Part shown: positions 1 to 10,446 of the stretch, one piece after another
Layout of the letters: the number at the start of each line of letters is the position of its first letter
How positions within the stretch are numbered: position 1 is the first letter of the stretch
Source of the DNA: Candidatus Saccharimonadota bacterium
Lineage (GTDB): Bacteria; Patescibacteriota; Gracilibacteria; BD1-5; UBA2023
Assembly: GCA_042852035.1 (NCBI GenBank)
Contig: BAAFHK010000001.1
Coordinates: forward strand, 570,001-602,000
Length of the DNA stretch: 32,000 nt
Reading direction: 5' to 3'
Position numbers and translations under genes: made by a program
Notes under the pieces: generated by a model
Told to the model about the DNA's origin: nothing
Seen by the model: only the letters and a program-made list of their open reading frames with translations
The model's database searches: none

Positions 1-2106
1 AGTGTAGGTATCAAAATAGAGAGTATTTGATAGAGATCATGTGCTACCCCATGATACATCCACTGGTTCTCCAGTAGGAACTGATCATGAAGAAAGATTC
101 ATGTTACAAGCTGGTGTAGTAGTAAGATTTGGGGAGTTGTTCCAGAGGACAAAAGTAGTTGAATACGGAGCAATAGTAATAGGCCAGCTTGTCGTAGCAT
201 TAAGTCAATCAACATAAGCGAAGCACTGTGCTCCTCCTGGACAAGATTGGGTTGCTGGAGTTCCCGTAGAATTTGAATATGCTAGCACTTCGTATGTATT
301 TGTATTTTTTACATGCGTAGAGAGTCTGTGTAGAGTTACCTCATCAATCTCATATGAGATATCGTTATTGGAAGTTTCAAGAGTCAATTGAGCATCAGCT
401 GCTGTTGTAGTTGCGGTAATATAGAAAGAAAATACTTGGCCCGTAGAACTCGCATATGTTTCAGCGATTCTGTCTGAATAAACTACAGATTTATCAGCTG
501 ATGAATGAAGAAAGGCACGGAGATTAATTTGTCCAGAATTTGATTTTGCATATCCAGTTACATGAAAGACTTGTCCAGAAGTAATGGAAAGAATTGCATC
601 ATTCGTAACCCAGATTCTATCTGGAGACCCTCAAGCTGGCGTAACCGTTGCAGATCAACCAACATTACTTCCAACTGCATTATAACTGATTCAAGGAGCA
701 CTTCATGTGAGAGCAGAAACACTCCAATTTGAGGCATCTACTGAGAAATCACCATTAGTAATAAGATTTGATGTAGCATAGGTTCCGGTATTAACATATG
801 GCTTATATCCAAAATACTCAAATTTCGTAATATTCGGATCGAGTTGATTGAGTGCAGCCTTTGTATATTCAACTACCTCTCCTCAAAATTTTACCGTTCT
901 TGCATATGATGCATTTGGTTTATAGTTTGGAAAAATACTATTGGCATCAAATGTAGAAAATCCACTGACAACACCAGCCCCTGGAACCTCATCACGCATT
1001 TCAATATATGGATAATCTGGAGCCCTTTGAATAAAGGTATTTCCTGTAAAACTATTATTTTGTGTTGCTCAGCTATTATTTTGTATTAGAGAAAGTGTAT
1101 TTATGCGAGATGACAGAAGCATATTCTGAGAAACGGATGAATTTGACGTATCCACCATTCTTACTGCATATTGAGCATTTTGAATTCCATTCTTTATCAC
1201 TGAAAGTCCACTTATTCACTGAGCCAATACTCAGGCATTTTCGCTAGCAGCAATTCAGGTTCCTACATCCCTGATACTATTTTCAGTAAGAGAACTTGTA
1301 ACAGCTCCTATTGTCGAAGAGCTATTTCGAATCGCGGCACACTCAGTAGATCAAGTTGTACAAACGGTACTAATATTATTTCTCATTACATCAGTATCAG
1401 ATCAATAAAGAATAGCGCTTTCTGCAATATTAGTCATTGTATTATATGATACATCTACCGGGTAACTACTCAACACATTAATACCATCACCCGTAATTGA
1501 AGAAATTATATTATTCGAAATAGTTGTAAGTGATCATGAAACGCTCAGAGCTCCAAGACAGTTGGAAATAGTATTGCCATCGATAAGCACTCATGAGGAA
1601 GAATTCACAGCTGCACATGTTGCATTTGCTCATGAAATAGTAGAATTCATGACAGTAATATTGCTTGAAGTATCAATATCAACTATTGATCCAGGGAGAG
1701 AATCTGATACATCAATACCACTAATCACAACATAGCTTGATCCAATAATATTCACTCATTCTACAGTAGCAGTATCGGAAGGACACCCACCATAACTATT
1801 GATTGTTATTGGAAGTCAGACGGATCATGGGAGACTGCTGAGATTTAAAGACTCAGCCCAAGATGCACTACACAAAAGAGATACCGTATCACCCTGAAGA
1901 AGTGGAGTACCGTTAACTTTTGCGAGGGTTTGCCAGGCAGTCGTTGGAGAGAGTCCATCATTTCCATCATTCCCAGAAACAGCATCTACATAGTACTGTG
2001 TCGAATCAGCAAATGCATACTGCAAGGTAGGAGAGAAGGTATTAGCAAGAAACATTACGAGAAGTACTCGTGCAATATTCTGAAACCATGTGTTATGAGG
2101 GTGCAT
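1..2106 (-). CDS. Large secreted right-handed beta-helix (pectate-lyase-fold-like) surface protein with a CBM-like distal region; 3' end lies outside the window
   Basis: One minus-strand frame is open from 2106 to position 1 when TGA is sense. I walked lines 1-240 and 361-1860 codon by codon and saw only in-frame TGA, no TAA/TAG; 241-360 lies inside the track's TGA-bounded 205..387 ORF. The N-terminus MHPHNTWFQNIARVLLVMFLANTFSPTLQYAFA looks like a signal peptide. It is followed by YYVDAVSGNDGNDGLSPTTAWQTLAKV, a typical start of parallel beta-helix proteins, then N/S/T/I-rich repeat turns. NLITNGDFSVDASNW further on resembles CBM4/9-type sugar-binding modules. Confidence 0.7.
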
Positions 2107-2725
2107 ATTTGTAAAAAAAGTGATCTTTTACATTAGACCACATCTTTTTTATTTTTGCAAATATCCGAACTATTTTGAATTTAAGATTCAAAATCTGTTT
2201 CACTTTTTGTTCTAAAACCATAGAGAACATAGTCTGAAGGCGTAAGTTTCGAGGAGTCAATTTGCGCCTTTTTACAGACAAGATCAAAATATGCGGCTGG
2301 GCTGGTATCAATATGAATCATATTCGGAAGAATAACAGCGAACTTTCAGAGATTCTGAGACAAGAACATAATTCATTCATTTTTCGTATCAATTTCAGTG
2401 ACATCGCGAAGAACTCTGCGATCTCATGCGGAAAATCTATCAGTACGAATATGGATCTTTCAAAGAGTAGCAAGATCTTGGATTTCAACTCAAAACCGAG
2501 AATCCTTAAGGCACATGAGTGTATTATCAACACATTCATAAAGTGTATTTTCTTTTTTGCAAACAATCCTCCCGCTCGAAGCAATAACTCTTCACTCATA
2601 ATAGAGAGTAATAAATACTGCTTCTTTGGATGCGGTATATTGACTAATATCAGATGTGAAGTCAGAGAGAGTGATAACCCTCTTTTCTCGAAGATATGTA
2701 TCAAGAACATTCCGAACAATTGCAA
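2093..2725 (-). CDS. Hypothetical protein (210 aa), no family recognised
   Basis: Track ORFs 2318..2725 and 2093..2311 share a frame and are joined by one TGA at 2318-2320. The true stop is TAA at 2093-2095. It has the same orientation and tight spacing as its neighbours, starting 11 nt after the upstream stop. Composition (L/I/F/K/E) is more protein-like than the overlapping plus-strand ORF. Confidence 0.45.
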
Positions 2726-2735
2726 ACATATATGA

Positions 2736-3518
2736 TTATTTTTTAGATTGAAACTGTGTTAAGGTTTGAATTGCTTCATTCTCAAGAGCGCGTTCTTCTT
2801 CTTCAATTCTTCAGAATACAGAACCGAGTGGATCCGATCCAGAAGCCTGATATATTTTATAGTATATCCAAGAAAATGCCGTAGTCATGACTCAAGAGAG
2901 AACATATGCAAGAATTGGAAGTCAGAGTAATACAAAAAGTGAAGTTTCTGATTTTGAGACGAGTGATTGCACATATATTACAAGCATAGCTGTAACCAGC
3001 ATCGAAATGAGACTCGAATAAAATGACAATATTGAATATCTATACCTTGAAATAATTCACATGAGCAGATTGAGGGAGAAAGCATTCATTACGACATGAG
3101 CCGAAAAGGCAATAAGAATAATTCTCATTTCCGTTGAAACCGTTGTTATAACTGTATAGACAGGAATAAAAAATATATATAAAATAATTGATGAAATCAT
3201 TACTTGTGAGAAAGATGTTCGATTTCTTCAAAACACATGTGGAAATATGTATCCCAAAAGAGATACGTATATAAGATTTCCAATTGTAAGTCAGACAAAT
3301 GCTACAAAAACAAGTAATATCGGTGATGCACCACTCTCAAGAGTAAATCTTCAAATAGCAAAATAAGATGCAAGCATGATTATAATACCAGCTACAACAC
3401 CCACAATAAGAGAACTTAAGAAAGTCATAAGTATACCCATTGGATCATACTTTGGTGGACCAAGGAGTTCTTCTGGAGTAACATTATTTTCGGTTTCAAC
3501 TACCTGAGGAGAATCCAT
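2736..3518 (-). CDS. Polytopic integral membrane protein (about 260 aa), unknown function
   Basis: The frame of track ORF 3351..3545 stays open through seven in-frame TGAs down to TAA at 2736-2738. The first ATG is at 3516-3518 (MDSPQVVETENN...); an upstream TTG at 3545 is an alternative start. There are several long hydrophobic stretches, for example ILMTFLSSLIVGVVAGIIIMLASYFAIG and MLVTAMLVIYVQSLV, and an acidic C-terminal tail (RIEEEERALENEA). Confidence 0.6.
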
Positions 3519-3945
3519 AAGCAAAAACAAGAATAATAGCGCCAACTGAGATTAATATATCCGCAAAATTCAGGATTGCAAAATATTTCACAGCGATAAA
3601 ATCAACCACATGTCAGATAAATATTCGCTCATAAGCATGGGAAAATGCTCCCGCAAAAATAAGGACATACGAAATATCAAGAAGCAGTAAATTTTTTTTA
3701 TATTCTTCTTTTATGTAGTAAAAAATAAGTCATGCAAGTATAATAATCGTAATCCATACAAGAAAAGCTCATTCTATAGGAAAAGAAAAGGCAACTCATG
3801 AATTATATGAAAGCCGTAATGTGATTAAATCAGAAAAAAGAGCAATTTTCTCTCCATGGGAAAGCAACCCTTCGAAATATGCTTTAGAAAGCATGTCCAG
3901 AGCCACAAAAACAAGCACGCAAGTAACTATTAATAATTTTCGCAT
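3484..3945 (-). CDS. lspA: Lipoprotein signal peptidase (signal peptidase II)
   Basis: Motifs LSYNSGVAFS (the G is TGA at 3796-3798) and GHVVDFIAVKYFAILNFADILISVG match the LspA N-x-G-A-A-F-S and VVDF...FN.AD boxes. Stop is TAA at 3484-3486. I chose the start at ATG 3943-3945 (MRKLLIV...) because it follows the cutA stop; the track start at 3996 is an alternative. Confidence 0.8.
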
Positions 3946-3952
3946 TATAGAT

Positions 3953-4267
3953 TTAAGAAAGTAATTCTCCTCGTATCCAATTTTCATATCACTCATTCGA
4001 ACTTACTTCTGCAATCTTCATAATGCATGGGATATCGTATTTATGATTATTTTCGATGTATCTTTTGATTGCTTCTATATTTTCATTTTTGGTTTTATAA
4101 AGAGTTACGAACTCTTGGGTACGAGCAATAGATCAGTCCCAATGATACAGCGAATCAATAGGAAAAGAGTTTGCACAAGCAATAAGCTTTTCATTTAAGA
4201 GGCCTATACTGATTCTATCTGCCTCAGGTTTTGAAGGATGGGTTACATAAAGAAGAGAAAAAGACAT
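3953..4267 (-). CDS. cutA: Divalent-cation tolerance protein CutA
   Basis: 104 aa: MSFSLLYVTHPSKPEADRISIGLLNEKLIACANSFPIDSLYHWDGSIARTQEFVTLYKTKNENIEAIKRYIENNHKYDIPCIMKI. It shows the CutA pattern (LIAC.N, Y.W.G.I, KT, H.YD.P). The WxG glycine is a TGA. Stop is TAA at 3953-3955. The gene is absent from the ORF track because TGA splits it. Confidence 0.72.
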
Positions 4268-4270
4268 AGT

Positions 4271-4660
4271 TTAATGATTTAGATTTTGTTCCACCATAAG
4301 TCTCTGTTTTTGTTTTTTCTTTACATTTTGCCAATCTCAGTTATCTGAACCATCATTCACATTGAGACGCTCAGAGAATTTTTGATAGCACCGTTCAAAT
4401 ACTTTTTCTTTTTTAATTTTCCCAACTTGATCAAGGGATTCAAGAAGACATATGTAATCCCAAAAAACATCACCGAGCTCATCCTCAAGAAGAACCCTCT
4501 TATCATCATTAAATTCAATCTTTACTTCATCTATCTCATTGAGGAGCCCTTCGATAAAAGTCTCTGGTCATTTATAAAATCCATGTCAGCCTCATGCATG
4601 AAGGTGCCTCATCCTAAGTTCAGCAAGCTCAAATATATGAGCCAATTCTTTGGGTATCAT
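4271..4660 (-). CDS. MazG-like nucleoside triphosphate pyrophosphohydrolase
   Basis: 129 aa with the EDELGDVFWDYICLLESL motif (MazG E-x-x-E/ELGD box) and several in-frame TGAs (HAGGGHGF). Stop is TAA at 4271-4273, 3 nt before the cutA start. Confidence 0.6.
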
Positions 4661-4665
4661 ATAAT

Positions 4666-5820
4666 TTATAGTGTTATTCTTTTCGCTTTCTTTTTTCCCA
4701 TCTCTATAAGTACTCCTTCCTGAGTTACTTTTACAAGATATTTTGGGTCTTCAATAATCTCACCATTCAGGCGCACGGATTTTCCAGAAAGAGCATTACG
4801 AACATCCCCAGATGTAGAACAAAAGCCTATAGCCTTCAAAATGTTAGCAATTGAATCCATGTTATCTTCAAGCGATATTCGAACAGTTTCAATATTTGAG
4901 CTATCACTCGGATCATATGGTTTTCCATGATACATCCTAATAATTCTCTGAGCCAGTTCTTCTTTAAGAATATTTGGATGTTCACCATCCTCAATTCTTT
5001 TGCGAATTTTTGCAACTTCATCAAGTGTCGCATCCGTCGTGAGTTCAAAGTAAGGAACGATAAGCTCATCCTTGATCGAGATGAGTTTTTGGTACATGCT
5101 CTGTGGGGCTTCGTCAATTGCAACACTATTTGGTGAAGTTTTCGACATTTTCTTGCCATCAGAACCAACCAGGAGGTCGAACATCATAATATCTTGCTTT
5201 TCTTGTCCGAAAGCCTCCTGGAGCCTTCTTCCTGCAAGAAGATTAAAGTATTGTTCGGTTCCTCAAAGTTCAACATCAGTATGAAGAGCGACTGAATCAT
5301 ACCCTTGCATGAGAGGGTAGAGAAATTCTTGAAGAGAAATACGAACTCCCGACTTATATCGCTTCGAGAAATTATCACGATCAAGCATTTCTGCAACAGA
5401 GAAGTTTTTAGCAAGTTCCCCCACTCCTGCAAAATTCACCTTATCAAGCCAGTCGCTATTGTAAACAACTTTTACTTTTTCAAGATCAAGAACTCGAGCA
5501 AATTTTTTCAAAAATTCCTGACCATTTGCACGAGTCTGTTCACGCATAAGCATAGGTCGTTCTGAATCCTTATCAGAAGCATCACCTATCATTCCTGTAG
5601 CATCACCTATAATAATAGTCACCTCATGTCCAAGCTCTTGGAATTGGCGGAGCTTGAGAATTGGTACCATATGGCCCAGATGAATAACTGTACCCGATGG
5701 GTCAATTCCAAGCTTTATCCTGAGCTTATCTCATCGTTCAAGTCGCATTCGAAGATGATCTTCATCAATGATTCTTGCAACTCATTTCTTGAGTAAAGAT
5801 TCAATTTGTGGATTTTTCAT
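4666..5820 (-). CDS. tyrS: Tyrosyl-tRNA synthetase
   Basis: Track ORFs 4666..5187 and 5263..5670 plus the N-terminus are in one frame. It carries the HIGH motif (IHLGH), ELGGTEQ (the G is TGA at 5263-5265), KMSKT (KMSKS box) and a C-terminal S4-like domain (VRNALSGKSVRLNGEII). Start is ATG at 5818-5820 and stop is TAA at 4666-4668. Confidence 0.93.
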
Positions 5821-5822
5821 AA

Positions 5823-6647
5823 TTATTTTGTTACCTTATTTATTAAACCATTGGTACCTAAGAGATAATTTCCTGATTCGAGGGGAGAACCTGGGTAATT
5901 ATATAGTATCTTCATAAGAAGTCACGTATTCGAAGATGAAATAATATTAATGTTGGCTCAACAAAAATCATCAACATCACTTTGTCTCCTAGTTCACCAT
6001 CATTTACAGCCTGCAAAATGAAAAATCTTCTTATCATTATAGTATACATCTACTCATCGCCAATCACCCTCATTATCATAAACGCCATTATACGTTTTGT
6101 AGTTCTTCAGATTCCAATTATTGTCAATAAATATTTGATTTTCAAATTTCATATTTTTCAAATCATAAGAATATGCTCCTGAAATTCCCGTTTGAGTTAT
6201 CCCAATAAGAAAGAAGATATTAGAATTTCTTACCCCAACAACTTGTCCGTAATTAAATTCTTTTGTCATCGTAGCATTAAATGGTGTTGCAGGAGTAAAG
6301 ACAGTCGACTTTGATAAAAGCTTCTTAAGGTTTTGGCTACTAAGAAGGTATGATTTTTTATAAGTACAATCATACCGATAGAGAAATAATGCAGCATTAT
6401 AGGTCGTTGTAATTCATTGACTCGTCACTATGTTCGGAAACATTGGAACTACGTAATAGAGACTTGTATTTTCCTTAAAAAAATAAAGTATATCAGATTT
6501 TTTTCAGTTTAGGAATACCTGCAAACGATTCATAGATGCTCAATCAGCCCCTAAACATGCCTGATCTTTTGTGAGAACCGGCCCAGCAATATCTGCATAG
6601 ACAAAACAGGGGAGGAAGAAGAGAAGAAAAAGAAATATTTTTCTCAT
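5823..6647 (-). CDS. Secreted or lipid-anchored protein of unknown function (274 aa)
   Basis: The N-terminus MRKIFLFLLFFLPCFVYADIAG is a signal peptide, possibly lipoprotein-like with LPC. The frame is continuous with track ORF 6054..6269 and interrupted only by TGAs. Stop is TAA at 5823-5825, 2 nt before the tyrS start. Confidence 0.6.
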
Positions 6648-6652
6648 AGAGA

Positions 6653-7435
6653 TTAATGAAAAGATAAGGAATGGAGAAGAAGAGTGCTTCATGTTTGTAT
6701 TATAGTTTTATCTTCAGTTTGAGAATCGGGGGGAGTGAGTATATATTGTTTTTGTGTTTTAGAAACAACATATTCACCCTCTATAAGATTGAGTTCTGAA
6801 AATGTAACTTCAATATCATTTCATAGTATTTTAAATCAATATATCTTTACTGGTATACCATTTGAACTCATAAGACAGCTATCTGTTAACTTCTTTAATG
6901 TTCCGTTCTCAAAAAGTACGATTGAACGATTACAAAGATTTTGCGTACTTTTCGTAAGAAAAATGATTGCACCATTCGGATCTCTCCTATAAGAAAGAAC
7001 TGTATTGAGAATCCAATGATAGAATTTCTTCTTCCTAATATCATAAATAGATACACGATTCCCCTCAAAGGAAGGAGAATAAAAAAGAAGGAATTGGTTG
7101 AGAATTTTATCTGACTTTAAAATAAAGCAGTCCCTGAAATAATCTGCCCCAATACGTGCCTTTTTACTTAAAGATGATGATGTTATTATGGATGAATTAT
7201 AGCAATCTGGCTCCTCATTTGGTCCATGAGGAAGAAGCTCGATAGCAAATTCAGCATTTTTATAGGTTTTTATGGTTTTCCCCCTGTAAATAAGTTCCGT
7301 AGTGTCATCAGTCTGATTCAAGCTAAAACCAGGAAGAAGTGGCCTCTTATAGAGAATAAAACCCTCCTCTTCTCATGACTGAGCGTGGGAAAATAATGGG
7401 AAGAGCAAAACCAGAAGCGCAACACTTTTTTTCAT
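6653..7435 (-). CDS. Secreted protein of unknown function (260 aa)
   Basis: The N-terminus MKKSVALLVLLFPLFSHAQSGEEE is a signal peptide. It is in frame with track ORF 6836..7321 and extends through TGAs to TAA at 6653-6655. Confidence 0.6.
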
Positions 7436-7456
7436 AAAAACACCAAAGAAGGCAAA

Positions 7457-8128
7457 TTATTGTATCTGGGATAAGAATTTTTTCTTTAAATCATATTCAT
7501 AAAGAGAGAACCATGATTCTTTCGTGGAAATTTTATACTTTTCAACCTGAAAACGGACAATCATATTTCATTGATTTTTATATGGTGTACGCGTGAGGCA
7601 ATATCCATTCGGAGCATTAGGGTAGTTTTTGTCATTTTCAATCTTGTATCTTTCAAGAGTTTTCATATCCATAATAATATCGTCAGCGTATTTACATGAT
7701 GATTTAGCATTATAGCTTGTAATCGTATACGAAAGGATATCTCCATCAATCCAATGAAATTTACCGTATTGGTCTCCTCGAGTTGATCGAAGGTAGGGAA
7801 GAAATTTAACTCGTGACCGAGAGCAATCATATTGCACCATATAGGAAGCTTTATTTGAAATAAAGCCATATTTTGTATAAGGGCTGTTATCGCTTTCTAT
7901 ATAGCGATTAATTGCATCAGTATTGGGGAAAATATGTATGAAATAATAGAGCTTGTTATCTTTCTTGAGAAATCAATCCACACGAGGAAGTTCTCATGGC
8001 CAATAAATATAGAGGGGATCCCTATGGATTCCTTCTGGATAAGAACAGGCCTCTTTTTTTGAGAGAGTTGAGGCTAAAACAAAAGAAGGAAAAAGAAGGA
8101 GGCAAAGAAAAAGGAGAAAAGAACGCAT
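7457..8128 (-). CDS. Secreted protein of unknown function (223 aa)
   Basis: The N-terminus MRSFLLFLCLLLFPSFVLASTLS is a signal peptide. It is in frame with track ORF 7568..7840. Stop is TAA at 7457-7459. The start lies 10 nt after the clpP stop. Confidence 0.6.
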
Positions 8129-8138
8129 AGCTGCATTT

Positions 8139-8741
8139 TTATAAGACCTTATCAACTAAACCATATTTCATAGCTTCCTCTGCTGTCATATAGTTATCTC
8201 TATCACAATCTTCTCGGATTGTATTAATTTTTTGTCAGGTATGTTCCGCAAGTATACCATAGAGAACCTCGCCCGTCTTCATAATGTGATCTGCTGCTAT
8301 CTTGATGTCGATTGCTTGACCTTCCATACCACCAAGAGGTTGATGAATCATGATTTCTGAGTGTCTGAGGGCATATCTCTTTCATTTCGCTCATCAAGCG
8401 AGAATGATTGATCCCATAGATGCAGCAAGCCCAACACAAACCGTTATTACATCTGGCTTTATATGTTGCATAGTATCATAGATTGCAAGCCCGGCTGTCA
8501 CATGTCATCCAGGAGAATTCACGTAAAGCGTAATCGGTGCTTTTGGATCAGCTTTCTCTAAATAAAGTAACTGAGCAATAACGGTATTCGCCACAGCGGA
8601 ATCAATAGCATCACCCAAAAATACTATACGATCTTCAAGAAGTCGAGAGTAAATATCATAAGCTCTTTCTTGTCAGCCAACTTTATCAATAATTGTTGGA
8701 ACAAGGAAATCAGAAATTTGTTTCTTTTGTTTTTTAGGCAT
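8139..8741 (-). CDS. clpP: ATP-dependent Clp protease proteolytic subunit
   Basis: 200 aa containing [19 protein letters not shown] (second G is TGA at 8505-8507), catalytic Ser in GLAASMGS, catalytic His in IMIHQPLGG, and [16 protein letters not shown]. Stop is TAA at 8139-8141. Confidence 0.93.
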
Positions 8742-8884
8742 AGAAAAAGATAAAAAATAACATTTTTAGTATAGGGGAAACTAAAGAAAAGTAAAAAAAT
8801 ACTATTCTATATTTACTCAATTAATTCGTGAAATGCTGGAACTTTTTTTCTCTCTCTGAAAAGGCAAAACTTCCAAAAGAATGC

Positions 8885-10177
8885 TTATTTATTGGTTGGA
8901 TATCGATTTTCACTTCGTGGCGGTCTTCAGTATGATCACTTATAACCACTAGATGATCGATTCCCATCACTGTTTCAACGATAACTATTTCATGATCGGA
9001 ATGGTCTCCTTGGCTTATTTCCAAATCATCAACTTCTGCGCTCTGGTTTTGGCGGACGAGGAATAATTGTTCATTCAACATCAACTTCAGTTATTTCAAT
9101 CTTATGCATACGTTCAATTCTCTCAAATGGACGCACTTCTTCAGTCGAAACAAACATTATCGCTCTCCCGCTTGCTCAAGCTCGTCAAGTACGACCAATT
9201 CGATGTATATAACTTTCTGGATCATGTGGAACGTGGTAGTTAATTACAAGATTGATGTTGTTCATATTAAGACCTCGACTTGCGACATCTGTACCCACAA
9301 AAATTCTTACATGACCTTCTTTATATGCCTTGAGTGCTCGCATTCGTTCTCGTTGTTCCATATCGCCATGAATACAGGCAACCTGGTATCCATCACGAGC
9401 AAGATATCTTTCAAGTTCCTCAGTTTCGTGTTTTTTTGCCGTAAATACCATCACTTTATCATCAGGATATCGATCAAGAAGCTTCTTTAATAATGGATAT
9501 TTATCTCTAATCCCCACTCGCATAAATACATGATCAATAGTATCAACTGTTGGGGTTGCGGAAAGAATAAGCGATTCCTTTTCGCCACTTATATGTGAAT
9601 CTAGAAGATTCGTAATTTGCTTGGTATAAGTAGCTGAAAAAGTAAGTACTTGTTTAAGGTGGGGAATACTTTCCCATATGGCAGTTACAGCGGGCGCAAA
9701 GCCCATATCCATCATCTGATCTACCTCATCGAGAATAAGCGTTGAGATAAGCTCAAGAGAAATCCAACCCCTATCAAGCATATCTTGAAGTCGACCTGGC
9801 GTTGCGATAATTACTTGTGGTCAAGCACGGAGTCACTCTTTCTGTCTCCAAATAGGAGACCCTCAGAAGACGGCAAGCGATCCCATGCGCATGTGTCGTG
9901 AAATATTAAATACCTCATCTCGAGTTTGCATGGCAAGCTCTCGAGTTGGTTCAAGAATAAGGACCTGAGGCATTCTTCTACGAGAATCAATAGAATTGAG
10001 CGCTGGAATGACGAAAGCTGCTGTCTTACCAGATCAAGTCTGAGACTGAACAACCATATTTTTTCATTCGAGTGCCACAGGGATTACTTTTGACTGAACC
10101 TCAGTAGGTGTATGATACCCGAGATCATTGAGTGCGGATATAATTTCTGGGCGGAGTCATAGTTCGGAAAAAGACAT
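8885..10177 (-). CDS. DEAD-box ATP-dependent RNA helicase with an Arg/Gly/Ser-rich C-terminal tail
   Basis: It contains a Q-motif region, Walker A QTGSGKT (the G is TGA at 10034-10036), PTRELA, GG, TPGRL, DEVD (DEAD box), SAT, and HRIGRTGRAG (two TGA glycines). Past the standard-code stop the frame continues through more TGAs as PRPPKPERRSGGFGNKPRRPFRSGNSYRGNSDGNRSSSGYKGSYGRPPRSENR to TAA at 8885-8887. Confidence 0.88.
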
Positions 10178-10446
10178 AAAAAAAAGGAGGAAATAGATAA
10201 ATACGAATCAGAAAATTTTCCGTTAAATAGTGTAGCCTTATTTTTAGGCTTTAAGATAGAGTATTCCGCGAAAGAATACTTTACTACTTCGAAAAGGGGA
10301 GAAGCAGTATATGAGTAATATATAGGCTCCTCGAAAAAATAATTCGTGTCTGAAGTATATAAGAAAGAGGAGTGAAGTCAAAAAGAAAATTTCCTATACA
10401 TCTACTGCATTTTGACTACCTAATTCGAGTGAATGGATTCAATCCT

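Noticed and set aside
2262-2735. 157-aa plus-strand ORF
   Set aside because: Its composition is N/S/I/C-rich and low-complexity, and it is oriented against all neighbours. The overlapping minus-strand frame joins two track ORFs through a single TGA and fits the operon spacing.
3040-3231. 63-aa minus-strand ORF (MKKSNIFLTSNDFINYF...)
   Set aside because: It is in a different frame from the long TGA-containing membrane-protein ORF 2736..3518 that covers the same DNA. It starts at TTG and has odd composition.
4382-4723. 113-aa plus-strand ORF
   Set aside because: It is antisense to the MazG-like gene and the tyrS 3' end. It is F/I/K-rich low-complexity sequence with no motifs.
8821-9084. 87-aa acidic ORF (MMLNEQLFLVRQNQSAEVDD...) listed in the track
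   Set aside because: It lies entirely over the table-25 continuation of the helicase, whose R/G/S-rich tail is a typical helicase appendage. It is most likely an alternative-frame artefact.
10185-10190. AGGAGG that looks like a ribosome-binding site near the helicase start
   Set aside because: It is on the plus strand while the helicase is on the minus strand, and no plus-strand start codon follows at a suitable distance.
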